Shown here: in pieces, positions 36,818-48,268 of the stretch
How the letters are laid out: every line of letters begins with the position of its first letter
How positions within the stretch are numbered: the first letter of the stretch is position 1
DNA from: Callorhinchus milii
Lineage: Eukaryota
DNA length: 51,766 nucleotides
NCBI RefSeq assembly: GCF_018977255.1
Contig: NW_024705359.1
Location: forward strand, 1-51,766
Reading direction: 5' to 3'
Notes under the pieces: generated by a model
The model's database searches: none
What the model was told of the DNA's origin: nothing
Seen by the model: only the letters and a program-made list of their open reading frames with translations
Position numbers and translations under genes: made by a program

Positions 36818-39431
36818 AATCGGATTTTCCATGCCAATCGAGGGGCATCTCATTAATTTAGGTATAAAGGTTCTCCACAAAACTTTCACTGTTTGGAAAT
36901 ATTTAGTTTGAATTGAGGTCATATTCTTAATATACATGGTTTTGTGACTTGAGAAATCTGAAGGTGGATGTTAAGAACATAATTTATCATTGAGATTGTG
37001 AAGTCAGTGTAAAGGAAAGTATGAACATCTGCTGTTTCATCTAATGTTACGCAGGTGTTGGCAAGTTACAATCTTTCACATCTTTGTCAGTGCGACTTTT
37101 AATGCATGTGAACACCAATAACTATAGGCTCGGCAATGGCTTCTCAAGGTTTCAGATATTCATGAACATTGTGTATTTTAAAAGTAGTTTTTATATAATT
37201 GAGATTGTAAGCGGTATTGCTCTCAGTTATAGATTAGGTGCATTAGTAATGAAGAATTCAGCTTAATGATACTGATGAAAGTACAGAAATTCCCAAGGAC
37301 AGTTATTATCTGTCCGCTCCCTACCCTCAGGAGGATCTGGCCTTGTCCACCCCCCCAGCCCGGCCTACCCCACCATCGGCTTTGAGCTCCTTGGCCCACA
37401 GCGCCTGGAGATCCCACAGTACCTTCATCTCTCTCCCTCCTTTGCCTCCTTCAAAACACGTCTCCACAGTCTCCTCTTCAACCGCGCATTCCTCCAGACA
37501 GCTCCCTCTCCCCTCCCTGCCCTCCATCATCCTGATCCCAACCTCCAGCTCGGGGCCCAATCTTTGAGGTACTCCCGATGTGAAAAAACTTTACAAATGT
37601 GATGTTGTGGCTGTGTATTATCGCTGAGTTACATGACTCCACAAATGATCCTTGCATTTGATATTGCGCCTGATCACAACCTTGTGACGCCTCAAAGCGC
37701 TTCAAGGAATATACTGTACAGTAAAGTGACGGTGTCATTTGAGGGTGAAACGCGGCAGGAAATGTGCAGTTCAGTATCGCGTAAACAGTCGTGGACCAAA
37801 GTTAAGTGACCAAATTAATATTATTGTAAGGAGATTTGACGTAAAACGACAATGTGGGTCTCTGTCTTCCCAACCCCATGACCAGCTCCAGAGCTGGTCT
37901 GTCAGCTCAGAGTCCCCGCGATGTGTGGGTGTTTCAGCGCCTTGGGACGTCCTCCCGACGAGAAAGGCGCTCTATAAATGGAATCTTGTTGTTGTTGTTG
38001 TTGTTGTGTGTGTTGGGGAGTGCAACAAACACACCACCTCATGACTCGGAGGCGAGAGAGAGAGAGAGAGATAAAGATAGTGAGAGCAAGAGCCGGAAAC
38101 GCAACCGAAGCCGAAAAATAAAAACTCTGCAGCTGGAACCTTTGTAGCTGTAAATGTATTAGTCAATTTGGATCAAGTCTATTAATTTATTAATCGCATT
38201 GTCAAAGATGTGAAAGATTGTAACTTGCGAGCACCAACTTACTGTGAGATTAAACAGCCGAGGTTCCTGTATTCCGTTGCTCTAAGTTCATAAACTTAAT
38301 GATAAAGCATGTTTTTAACATCCACCATCAAGTAGCACGTCACTGAGACGTCTCAAAGCGCTTCACACAATGTGCTGTAACGTGTAGTGACTGTGACTTT
38401 GGTGGGTGGAACTCAACAATAATTTTGCAACAGCAGTGTCCCACAGACCGTCGTGGATTAAGCGACCAAATTCTTATTTTGTAAGATGTGGACGATTGCA
38501 ACTTGCGAGTTCCTGCTTCTTGTGAGATTACTTTCCTTTGCAATGGCGCCACAAACTTAACGGCAAAGCTTTAACCATCACCGTCAGTGGAGTCCTGTAG
38601 CTCAGTGGTTAGAGCACTCGCTTTGCAAGTGAGAGACCTGAGTTCAATTCCAGGCAGAGGGCGAAACCTTGGGCAAGTTTCCTTACTCCACACAGAGCCT
38701 AATAATAATCCCTCCAAAACCAAAAACAATAATAAATTGGTCATTTTCAATCCACGACTGTTTGTGGGACAATGCTGTGCGCAATTGGCTGCCGCGTTCT
38801 CCCACAAATAAACAGTCAATTCACTTTACAGTGTGATCTGTAAAGCGCTGTGGGCCAAGGAGCTCAAAGCCGATGGTGGGGTAGGCCGCGCGGGGGGTGT
38901 GCAGAAGGCCAGAGCCTCCTGAGGGAGGGAGAGGACAGATAATAACTGTCCTTGGGAATTTCTGTACTTTCATCAGTATCATTAAGCTGAATTCTTCATT
39001 ACTAATGCATCTAATCTATAACTGAGAGCAATACCGCTTACAATCTCAATTATATAAAAACTACTTTTAAAATACACAATGCTCCTGAATATCTGAAACC
39101 TTGAGAAGCCATTGCCGAGCCTAAAGTTATTGGTGTTCACATGCATTAAAAGTCGCACAGACAAAGATGTGAAAGATTGTAACTTCCCACCACCTGCAGA
39201 ATATGAGATGAAACAGCAGATGTTCATACTTTCCTTTACACTGACTTCACAATCTCAATGATAAATTATTTTCTTAACATCCACCTTCAGATTTCTCAAG
39301 TCACAAAACCATGTACATTAAGAATAAGACCTCAATTCAAACTAAATATTTCCAAACAGTTAATGTTTTGTGGAGAAACTTTATACCTAAATTAATGAGA
39401 TGTCCCCTCGAGTGGCATTGAAAATCTGATT
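36818..39431. repeat. Inverted repeat: 587-bp arms (36818-37404 and 38845-39431), ~1.44 kb spacer, in intron 1
   Basis: Arms are near-exact reverse complements; the ORF track gives the same peptide (SVRLLMHVNTNN..VMKNSA) on + 37084 and - 39227. Confidence 0.95.
37320..37610 (+). mobile_element. L2 LINE 3' fragment
   Basis: SFKTRLHSLLFNRAF-type end of ORF2, C-rich 3' UTR and degenerate tail. Confidence 0.65.
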
Positions 39432-39620
39432 CCCTCCCCTCACCCTGACCATTTCCCCCCTGCTCGGGTCATGACCCAACTGTGCAGCGCCTTGGGACGT
39501 CCTCCTGACGTGAAAGGCGCTCTATAAATGGAATCTTGTTGTTGTTGTTGTTGTTGTCTTCCCGACGTGAAAAGCGCTATATCAAATGAAAGGATTATTA
39601 TTATTATTGTTATTATTATC
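38588..39620 (+). mobile_element. SINE split by an insertion (5' part 38588-38849, 3' tail ~39557-39620)
   Basis: Head TGGAGTCCTGTAGCTCAGTGGTTAGAGCACTCGCTTTGCAAG...AAAGCGCT breaks at 38849; the missing tail TCTTCCCGACGTGAAAAGCGCTATATCAAATG..(ATT)n resumes at ~39557. Confidence 0.85.
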
Positions 39621-40005
39621 AGTTGCAGTAGTAGTCAAATAAATACATGCAACATATATGCATAATATGTTTTATTACCATTTCTCTAAGACTAATTAGA
39701 CATTTTATCGCGACTATTTAGTCACACTATATATAATGTGTAAGGCGCGGTCAGGAGGTACCGCCCTCCGAGATAGAAAGCTTTGATCTGATTTCACTAA
39801 ACATTTTTAACCTTAGTTGAACGTTCAATTTTACCGTGAGCGCAGCGTTGTACAGTGGAAGTAGAACAGACTGAGCTTCACAAATGGGTTACTCTCTGTC
39901 TGTCAAAACTAATCTGATGTGGAATGAGATTGAAAAGGTCAAAATGTTTCATCATCCGAACTATACTTCTAAAGCACGTAACTCGCGAAAACATTCTGAT
40001 TTCAG

Positions 40006-40038
40006 CTCCTCAAGTCGACAGTCAAGATAAGAAATCAG
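40006..40038 (+). CDS. SRCR receptor coding exon 2 (33-nt micro-exon)
   Basis: tttcAG|CTCCTCAAG...AAATCAG|GTGAGT; phase 1-1; reads SPQVDSQDKKS and joins exon 1 to SRCR1 in frame. Confidence 0.75.
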
Positions 40039-41402
40039 GTGAGTATTTTTTTTTTGGATAATCTATTTGTCTTCAGCACAAAATTCATCAAATACAATTA
40101 AATCAAAACTTTGACAGCACCACCAAACCCAAGACTAGGGCCATCCTCCCGACATAAAAGGTGCGAAATGTACCGCAGATGCAACTTGCTGAATCTTTTA
40201 TGGATGTCAGGCGACATTGTCTTCCATTAGCAAAACGGATATTGTTTATAATCCTGACACTCACATGACATTCACGTCATGCCCTAACCCTCTTACTTAT
40301 ACCCCTACTCCTCTAGCAGTCCCACCTATCCTTCGGCCTCATCGACAACATCTTGCATTTGTATACCGTACCTCTTGCAGGTTAGCATCTCAGAGCGCCT
40401 GGGTCAGCAGGACTCCGACCCAGAGAAAGAGGGAGGTCGAAGTGGAAGCTCTTCCTATGTTATATAAACTTGGAGTCAAGGAGGAGGGATTGAGGAAGAG
40501 TGCTGCAGTGTTTCTGTACAAGCTCTGTCCTCCTAAGTGCTCAGAGACGCTACCCCGTGTGATAGGCACTAATATGTATAAGAAGAGAAGAAGTTATTAG
40601 TTTTGCTGTGAAGATCTATCCCGCAGTTTCAATACATCTCACGTTGAGTTTGTCCTTGTTATTTTTTCTCTCTTTTACAGTACTGAATTGAGAAGAATAT
40701 TTCCTCTCTTTGTTCGAATTTTAACCTCATCTTTGCAGGAACACTCAAGGCGATCCGTGTCTTCCATATATCCATTGCAGCTTAAATACGTATTGACTAA
40801 TGTTTCCTTGAGAAAACAGTGCAAATGGAAGCTAAAGGATTTGCTCCCAGATCCCTCTTTCTCCACGTTATGTAATCCCCTATTTAAACAAACCTAAGTA
40901 ATACAACTTTAGTAACCTCGGTCTGTGCTTCAAATCGTCTCTTGATTTATACGCTTCTCCACCCTGTTCTCCCATCCAAATATCCACACCTCGATTCCAG
41001 TCCACATTTAACTTTCGTCTTGTGTCAATTATTATTGTTCCACATCCCGCTGAGCCTATCAATGTCACCTGAAATGGGAGGACACGTGGAATGTGCAGCA
41101 ACTTTAACTCTATCATTCTCTGAAAACCATCGTTCAAGTCCCACCATCGATTACATACACTGCCCTGACACAACCCGCACAACTCTTCCAGCGCTACACA
41201 GAATTTACTGTAAGGAGCAATGACTGTGTAGGCAAATGCAACAGCTGCAACAAAAACAACTCGGATTGATATAGCGCCCTCAACGCCGGACGGCGACTCA
41301 GAGCGCTTCCGATTGAGTACAAATATTATTATTATAATTACGACTATCCTGCGCGACTGGAAATCAATTAGAAAGGCATGTTTTTGGTGATGTTACTTGC
41401 AG

Positions 41403-41726
41403 ATCATTTGAGGCTGGTGAATGGCGTCAGCCCGTGTGCCGGGAGAGTGGAGGTCTACCACGATGGACAGTGGGGCACAGTGTTTGGCTATGGCTCTGGT
41501 GACGATGGTTGGGATATGTTGGACGCGGCTGTGGTGTGTAAGGAGTTGGGCTGTGGAGCCGCGCTCTCAGCATCAGGAGACGCTCACTTTGGCGAAGGCT
41601 CAGGTCCCGTTGTGACATATGACGTTCAGTGCAGAGGGAGTGAGTCTACTCTGAGGGATTGTCAGTCACAGTCCTGGGGTCACGGTTCCTGGTCACACGC
41701 CTATGATTCCGGCGTCATCTGCTCAG
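41403..41726 (+). CDS. SRCR domain 1 exon (6 Cys)
   Basis: ttgcAG|ATCATTTG...TGCTCAG|GTaaat, 324 nt; [27 protein letters not shown]...YDSGVICS. Confidence 0.95.
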
Positions 41727-41979
41727 GTAAATAATTCAGTCTCCCATCAATTTTTCAATCCTCATATTTTCGGTAAACCACAGTTTGAGAAACTCTGATA
41801 GAGATTGCATTCCACATGATGTCAGTTTGTCAGTTTTAAATCCGTAGTTTTTTTTGGGGGGGTTCACACCGCCTCCTTCCGCTCCTCACCACCCCCCAAC
41901 CTCAACCCCGCTACCCCTCGCCCGCCAGCCCTCCTCCGTCGTTCAATGATGATTTTCTTTAACCTCCGTGTTTCTGCAC

Positions 41980-42146
41980 TTTCAATCTGCGACTGTTTGC
42001 GGGACATTGCTGTGCGGAATTGGCTGCCGCGTTCGCCCACAAATATACAGTCAACTCACTTTACAGTGCGTCCTGTGAAGCGCTTTAGGACGTCCTGCCG
42101 ACGTGAAAAGCGCTACATCAAATGCAAGGACTAATATTATTATTAT
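41980..42146 (+). mobile_element. Intronic SINE 3' half
   Basis: Same family body and tail. Confidence 0.85.
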
Positions 42147-42200
42147 AGGTACGTTCTTTGTATTATAATAACTCATATCAGGTTAAATCTTCCACTACAG

Positions 42201-42515
42201 AACATTATCCCCCAAAATTAATTGGTGGAAGCAATGCCTGTTCCGGCAGAGTTCAATTGCAGCGCGATTATAAATCAGGAACCATCTGCGATCATTATTG
42301 GGATTTGCAGGACGCCGATGTGCTCTGTCGGCAACTGGATTGTGGCTTCGCTTTGTCAACTGGTTCTGGAACACAGTTTGGGAAAGAAACCGGTCTTATC
42401 TGGAAAACTAACTTCAATTGTGTCGGTAATGAATTCCGAGTGTCGCACTGTCCTGTATCATTCTGGGAGAAGTTCAGCTGTACACATGACCATGATGTTA
42501 CTGTTGTATGCTCCG
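42201..42515 (+). CDS. SRCR domain 2 exon (8 Cys)
   Basis: tacAG|AACATTAT...TGCTCCG|GTGAGT, 315 nt; EHYPPKLIGGSNACSGRV...DVTVVCS. Confidence 0.93.
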
Positions 42516-43335
42516 GTGAGTGAAATAACAATTCGTTTGATATAGTGCATTACTAATTGATTACCAGTAAGTCATTCAGACTTCTTCAACGCGCTTCAAA
42601 TAATGTATCTTCATGAAATCTGACTGCATATTTTGTCGTCGGAAAAGCCAACAACTTAAAAAATAATGGGTCATACACTTTAAAAGTAAAATCTACCTTT
42701 TCTCAAATGATACGCTGTCTGTCTAACAGAACCTGATCTATTGTGTGAGTAAGATTTGCGATGAATTATTATTCAGGTGTCAGAGGTGACACCAATCTCC
42801 AACTCTAAAAATCAGCACAAACCAAAACTCTTGCTTCTTTGGATTTTCAAGATTAGCCAATTTGCCCCGAGTCCGTAAAAGTATATTAATTTTATTATTG
42901 CATACGAGAGCATAGACTCCTGAGACAAAGTGTTTACTCCCAATTCCCATAGAGTAGTCTGGTCCTGATGAAGGACAATCTCTGGTTTTAGACTGTGACG
43001 ATAATGCTCTTCTGCTACAAATGCAATGATTCTTTACAATATTCTCCTTCTCTTCACGTTTATTTTTCCTCCTGGCACATGTGGTGATTTGTGCACTTTG
43101 GCTGGAGGCTGCTGTCATTTTTTGCGTTATTGTCTGTAGATTATGTGTAGCTGTGAACACCAGTAACGTCGTCGTCTGTGAAATGTTCATATAATTTCTA
43201 CGTTACTATGAATATTTCTGTGTATTTTTGTCGGTATATTATCACATTCGAAATGCCTATTTTTAATTACTAACACGATAAACTTATCTGCAGCTCTTAC
43301 AGCTTTGAGTGTGTAATTGTGCATTGACAATGCAG

Positions 43336-43650
43336 GTAAACAGTGGCATTTACGGTTAGAGAGCGGTGGGAGCCGCTGTGATGGGCGAGTGGAGATTTAT
43401 CATAACGGCACTTGGGGCAGATTGCTGGACGATTCCTGGAATATATCAGATGCCGATGTCATCTGCCGACAGCTCAACTGTGGCTCTGCCATTTCAGTCT
43501 ACAACTCTTCCCAGTACGGGGAAGGCAGTGGACCTGTGTGGATCAATAATGTTCAGTGTGCGGGAAACGAGACGCACATCTGGAACTGCCCACATTCCAC
43601 AGTGTCTTCATACTCCGGGAGCAGCAGTGATGTGGGAGTGCTTTGTTCGG
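43336..43650 (+). CDS. SRCR domain 3 exon (6 Cys)
   Basis: tgcAG|GTAAACAG...TGTTCGG|GTGAGT, 315 nt; LRLESGGSRCDGRVEIYHNGTWG...DVGVLCS. Confidence 0.93.
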
Positions 43651-43969
43651 GTGAGTGCATTTGACCGATAAATAGAAGCAATAATTGCCAATTTTAATAC
43701 CAAATTGTTAAATAACTTACAATATGCCTTCCTGTCGGTGATTGTCTGTTACTCCATCGAAGTACAGACGTCCACAATGTCATTGAACTATTCCACACGT
43801 AGTGTTGTGAAAGCGCTGCGACAGCAAACCGATATTCAGTTGATAATGAAGGTTCACACACACTCAACACATTGAGTGACAATTAATAATTTGTTGCTGA
43901 ATAATTTTATAACCAAACGTTGTATTTGTCACCATTGGACACCAGTCGTGTTATGTTATATTGAAACAG

Positions 43970-44281
43970 ATCACATACAGCTCAGGCTGGTGGACGGTGG
44001 CAGTTCCTGCTCTGGAACAGTGGAGATTTACCACAACGGAAACTGGAGGAGAGTGCGCGATCAGTTCTGGGATTTAAGCGATGCGAATGTGGTTTGCAGA
44101 CAGATGGGCTGTGGTCCTGCCATGAGAGCCTATAACTCCCCAGTGTACAGAGAAGGTGAACGGTCCCCATGGCTGAAGGATGTTCACTGTCAAGGAAATG
44201 AGACGAATCTTTTGAAGTGCAAACCGTCCAGGCGAAACCAATCAACTGAGAAGATGAGTGATGTTGGAATCCAGTGTTCAA
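43970..44281 (+). CDS. SRCR domain 4 exon (6 Cys)
   Basis: aacAG|ATCACATA...TGTTCAA|GTGAGT, 312 nt; LRLVDGGSSCSGTVEIYHNGNW...DVGIQCS. Confidence 0.93.
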
Positions 44282-44816
44282 GTGAGTGAATGATTATTAA
44301 TGATTAAAATTGCAGTACTGGATTTTAACTCGTTGCCGGTTGTTACTCGATTGGCGGAACTTTTCCGCGCGTGAATCAACTCTTCAATAAATACTAAAAT
44401 AATAATTTGGTCAGTCAAACAAAGACGGTTGTGGGCCACTGATTTGTGTGACAGGCTGCTGCACTTCCTTCAGAAACCTACTGAATTCAATTTACGTTAT
44501 ATTCTGTGAAGCGCTTTGAGACGTGTCAAGCACCAGAAAATGTGTTAAATCAAACGAAATATCTATTATTACTATTGAATTGCAATGTGCATTCGAGTGT
44601 CTCCTATTTTGAGATGATATCTCAGCAATGTGCATTGCTATTGCCGGATTTTATTTGACTGAAGGAGATTGGGTAGCCGACTGAAGATCAGCTATAACAT
44701 TAAACACTCAGTTCAACTTTTCCTCTCATCTCTCCTACATTCCTGTCATCATGATAATACACGGTATCAACGGATGCATGTTATGCAATAAATTAAATTT
44801 TGCTTTGGTTCAACAG

Positions 44817-45131
44817 AAGATGTTCAGATCAGACTGATGGACGGTGGGAGTTCTTGCGCTGGGAGAGTGGAGATTTTCTACAATGGAACCTGGGGGACGG
44901 TGTGTGATGACTCCTGGGGATCACTTGAGGCGGATGTTGTGTGTAAACAGCTCGGATGTGGACCTGCTGTTAATGCATCAGCTGCTTCCCCTTGTGGGCC
45001 AGCTTCAGGCCCTGTTTGGTTGGATGAGGTCAGATGTTCAGGAAAGGAATCAGCTCTCTGGGAATGTCCCTCTTCTCCATGGGGGCAGCATGACTGTGAT
45101 CACAAAGAAGATGTGAGCATTGTGTGTACAG
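44817..45131 (+). CDS. SRCR domain 5 exon (8 Cys plus one extra)
   Basis: aacAG|AAGATGTT...TGTACAG|GTAAGC, 315 nt; RLMDGGSSCAGRVEIFYNGTWGTVCDDSW...DCDHKEDVSIVCT. Confidence 0.95.
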
Positions 45132-45189
45132 GTAAGCGATTAAACACCTTGTCTTTCATCATCATTACTTACTGATAGAGTGTCAGCCT

Positions 45190-45530
45190 GGCTCTGTTAT
45201 TAGCAACCTCCCCCTTGAGTCAGAATGTTGTGGGTTCAAACCCCACATGGCTTATTCATGGATAAATCTGGCAATCTGAAGCAGGATGAAATGTGCCGAG
45301 GCTGTCACTGGCTGTTTCTGGGACCATAATTATCTCAAAAGTGCTTGGAAGCGGTTTTGGATTTTCTCCTAGTGCCCTGGACAACAATTTTCCTATCGAT
45401 CATGGTTACTCTATTTGCGGCTTGCGCTGGCACATTGCTTTCGCTGGATCTGTCTGGATAGTCCGTCACCATAGGTACAAAAACAGTGTATTTGAGAGGT
45501 TTAGATTCCATATTGTTCTTTATGAGAGAA
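45190..45530 (+). mobile_element. Old, diverged DeuSINE (SacSINE1/AmnSINE1-like) copy
   Basis: TGAGTCAGAATGTTGTGGGTTCAAACCCCAC head and TTTTCTCCTAGTGCCCTGGACAA segment resemble this family as I recall it; not checked against a library. Confidence 0.55.
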
Positions 45531-45695
45531 AAATAGTATTATCAATTAAAGTTCTTTGAAACTTCAAATATAATATTACAAATTATTCCAACATGTTTTC
45601 CAGCACCAATAAAAGATTTAGTTAAAAAAAAACTGACTTGCACTAAATTTAAACAATCACAAACTTTAACAAAATCCATCTTTTTGCCGCCAAAG

Positions 45696-46010
45696 AACAC
45701 AAGGAGCTGCGGTTGGTAAATGGACAACATTCCTGTGAGGGGAGAGTGGAAGTGTTTTACAATGGGACTTGGGGAACTGTTTGCTCGGACTCCATGAGGC
45801 GCAAATATGCTGAGGTGATCTGCAAACAGTTATATTGCGGAGAAGCTGTGGCTGTTGATGATAGTCGTCAATATGACAGAGGATCTGGACCTATTTGGCT
45901 GGACGACATAGTGTGTAATTCGCAGGAATCCTTCCTGTGGCAGTGCTCTTCGCCACCTTGGGGAGAACATGACTGCGATCATACAGACGACTTACGTGTA
46001 ATTTGTTCAG
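45696..46010 (+). CDS. SRCR domain 6 exon (8 Cys)
   Basis: caaAG|AACACAAG...TGTTCAG|GTAATG, 315 nt; LRLVNGQHSCEGRVEVFYNGTWGTVC...DLRVICS. Confidence 0.94.
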
Positions 46011-46102
46011 GTAATGAAATGTTCCTCAGCTAATGTTTCTGAGTCAATATTTATTGTATTTCTATTTGAAGTATTTCATTGATAAATGTACGTTTAACGC
46101 AG

Positions 46103-46177
46103 AAGAAGCTCCGAAACAAAATGATCGCGTAAAACAGTGCACTGGGAGTTCACCTGATCAGCAGCTTCATTTGTCAG
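46103..46177 (+). CDS. Inter-domain linker exon
   Basis: cgcAG|AAGAAGCT...TTGTCAG|GTactg, 75 nt, phase 1-1, open: EEAPKQNDRVKQCTGSSPDQQLHLS. Confidence 0.65.
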
Positions 46178-46647
46178 GTACTGAGTGAAAAATATGAACA
46201 GAAGGAAAATGTGCTCTTATCAAAATATTCACAACACAATTTCCAAATTTCCAACGGTATTTCCTGTAATGTGCATCAATTGCATAGAACTAATCCGCGC
46301 ATTTGGTAACGCGATTTCACGTCTTCTGGACTTCACAGAAAACACGTGAAAGTGTATCGACGGTGTATTTATAGGCGGCAGCAAATTGTGCACAAACAGT
46401 TGTGGATCGAGAGACCAAATTATTATAATGATTTATTTTTGAAGGATTATTTACAGGATAATTAAACAGATCCCCTGTAAGTAATGCTTCACGGGAAAAA
46501 ANTCGCTTGATGACAGTATGGATGAAAACGTATTTTATGTGTGTGAGTGACTGACATGTGAAATGAATACTGTCTATGGATAAGTCTTCCCGACGTGAAA
46601 GGCTCCATAAAAATATAACGTTGTTGTTGTTGTTGCTGTCTGATCAG

Positions 46648-46959
46648 GACAGGAGATGCGGTTGGTTGGAGGAAGCAGCATTTGCTCGGGGAGAGTTGAG
46701 ATACGGAGCAATAAGACGTGGGGGACGGTGTGTGACGACTCCTGGGATATCCGAGAGGCCGGTGTGGTGTGCGGACAGCTGGACTGCGGCCCGGCCGTGC
46801 GGGCTGTGGGACAGGCGGGGTTCGGACAAGGCGCTGGTCAGATATGGCTGGACGAGCTTCACTGTAGAGGAAGCGAATCCTTTCTGTGGGATTGCGTCTC
46901 CGCATCCGCGGGTCGCAGCGACTGCGTTCACAAAGAAGACGCCGGTGTGGTTTGCTCCG
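46648..46959 (+). CDS. SRCR domain 7 exon (8 Cys)
   Basis: gatcAG|GACAGGAGATG...TGCTCCG|GTaggg, 312 nt; MRLVGGSSICSGRVEI...DCVHKEDAGVVCS. Confidence 0.93.
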
Positions 46960-47100
46960 GTAGGGATCCGATCTCTCAATGTTCATCGTCAAATTTGAGG
47001 TTTTTAAAATTTTTCTCAACAAAAGCAGATTAATTCTGACTTCATTTGATGCCAGAAATTGAATGGTTACTGGATTTATGGTGTTTGCGATGTGTTGCAG

Positions 47101-47139
47101 GTAAACCTCCAAGACCGCCAATCCCAACCGCATCCTTTG
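47101..47139 (+). CDS. Proline-rich stalk micro-exon
   Basis: ttgcAG|GTAAACC...TCCTTTG|GTaaat, 39 nt: GKPPRPPIPTASF. Confidence 0.7.
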
Positions 47140-47545
47140 GTAAATAACATAAATATTTGACTTCTTGCTAACACATTGCTCAGCTTTCCTAGATATCACC
47201 ACCAGGTATTGCCATTCATTCGTAAAAAAATGTATTTATCTAAACCAGTATATTTGTCAAGTAACCTTTCAGAAGTTAACACTTGAGAAATGAACAGACT
47301 GTACAACTACATTGTAGAAATTAACAGGCGTTTAACTTCAGGAAAAGAGCTGCATCAGTACAATTTTTAAGATAGTTTGGGCATTATTCTGAATAAACTC
47401 TGGAACACATTATACACTATGCAATAATTTGCTTCAGATAACGTTCAGTTTAGTGTGATGCATTTTTCTTTATAGTTTCGAAAGTGTGACTACCACATGT
47501 TGTACAACAATAAAATAACAAATGTTATGTCCTTAACTTGCAAAG

Positions 47546-47653
47546 TCCAGCTGATCAACATACCGTTCGTGCTCTGCATCGTCCTTGGAATCCTGTTAGC
47601 AGTGGTACTGTTTGCACTGATTGTACAGATGGACAGTAATTCTTCAGGAACAG
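47546..47653 (+). CDS. Transmembrane exon
   Basis: caaAG|TCCAGCTG...GGAACAG|GTGAGC, 108 nt: VQLINIPFVLCIVLGILLAVVLFALIVQMDSNSSGT. Confidence 0.88.
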
Positions 47654-48268
47654 GTGAGCCTGGAATCTGGTCTCACAGCACTGCCTGGAGCTTCTCTATC
47701 AATTCAGATAAAATCCTCTTGACGCACGTGTCAATTTTGTTAATCTTATACTCTTGTCTGTTTTAACTGTCACGATTTCATTGCTATGTTCACATGTATC
47801 TCTAAAGTTGCACAAACTGAAACTAAAGACATATACGTTCAAACACGTAGCTCAAAGACAAACACTGATGCATAAAGAAACCCACCAGACACAATTAGGC
47901 CTCAACGTAAACTGAACGCAACAACATATTTTTCATAAAGGATACAAAAAAGTATTTAAACTGACACAAAAACGTAGATAACCAAAGGATCACAAATACA
48001 CAGTTGTATTATCACACCAACACACAGAGCTAAGTAGATATTTGTAGGTACCTAAGGACAAATGCACAGTCATATTTACCAATTGAAACAAACACTTACA
48101 AAAACAAGTGCACTGATGAATAATGAGGCAATAGTGACGATGATATATTGATATTTTCAAATAATAATATTAACGTAACATGTTCCAAATATTTACACAT
48201 CAATTTCAAAATCCACTGTGCAATTTCAGGTTAATATTTTAATATCTGTACATGTCAACTTCCAACAG

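Noticed and set aside
38588..38660. tRNA-Ala(TGC)-like sequence (also at 22625, 24364, 28558)
   Set aside because: No proper acceptor stem, and it continues directly into a SINE body; it is a SINE head, not a tRNA gene
37084..39227. Same peptide encoded on both strands (SVRLLMHVNTNN...)
   Set aside because: Consequence of the inverted duplication; no coding features
46489..47202. Longest ORF in the track (237 aa, minus strand)
   Set aside because: Antisense shadow of the GC-rich SRCR7 exon; spans an N and a TE tail
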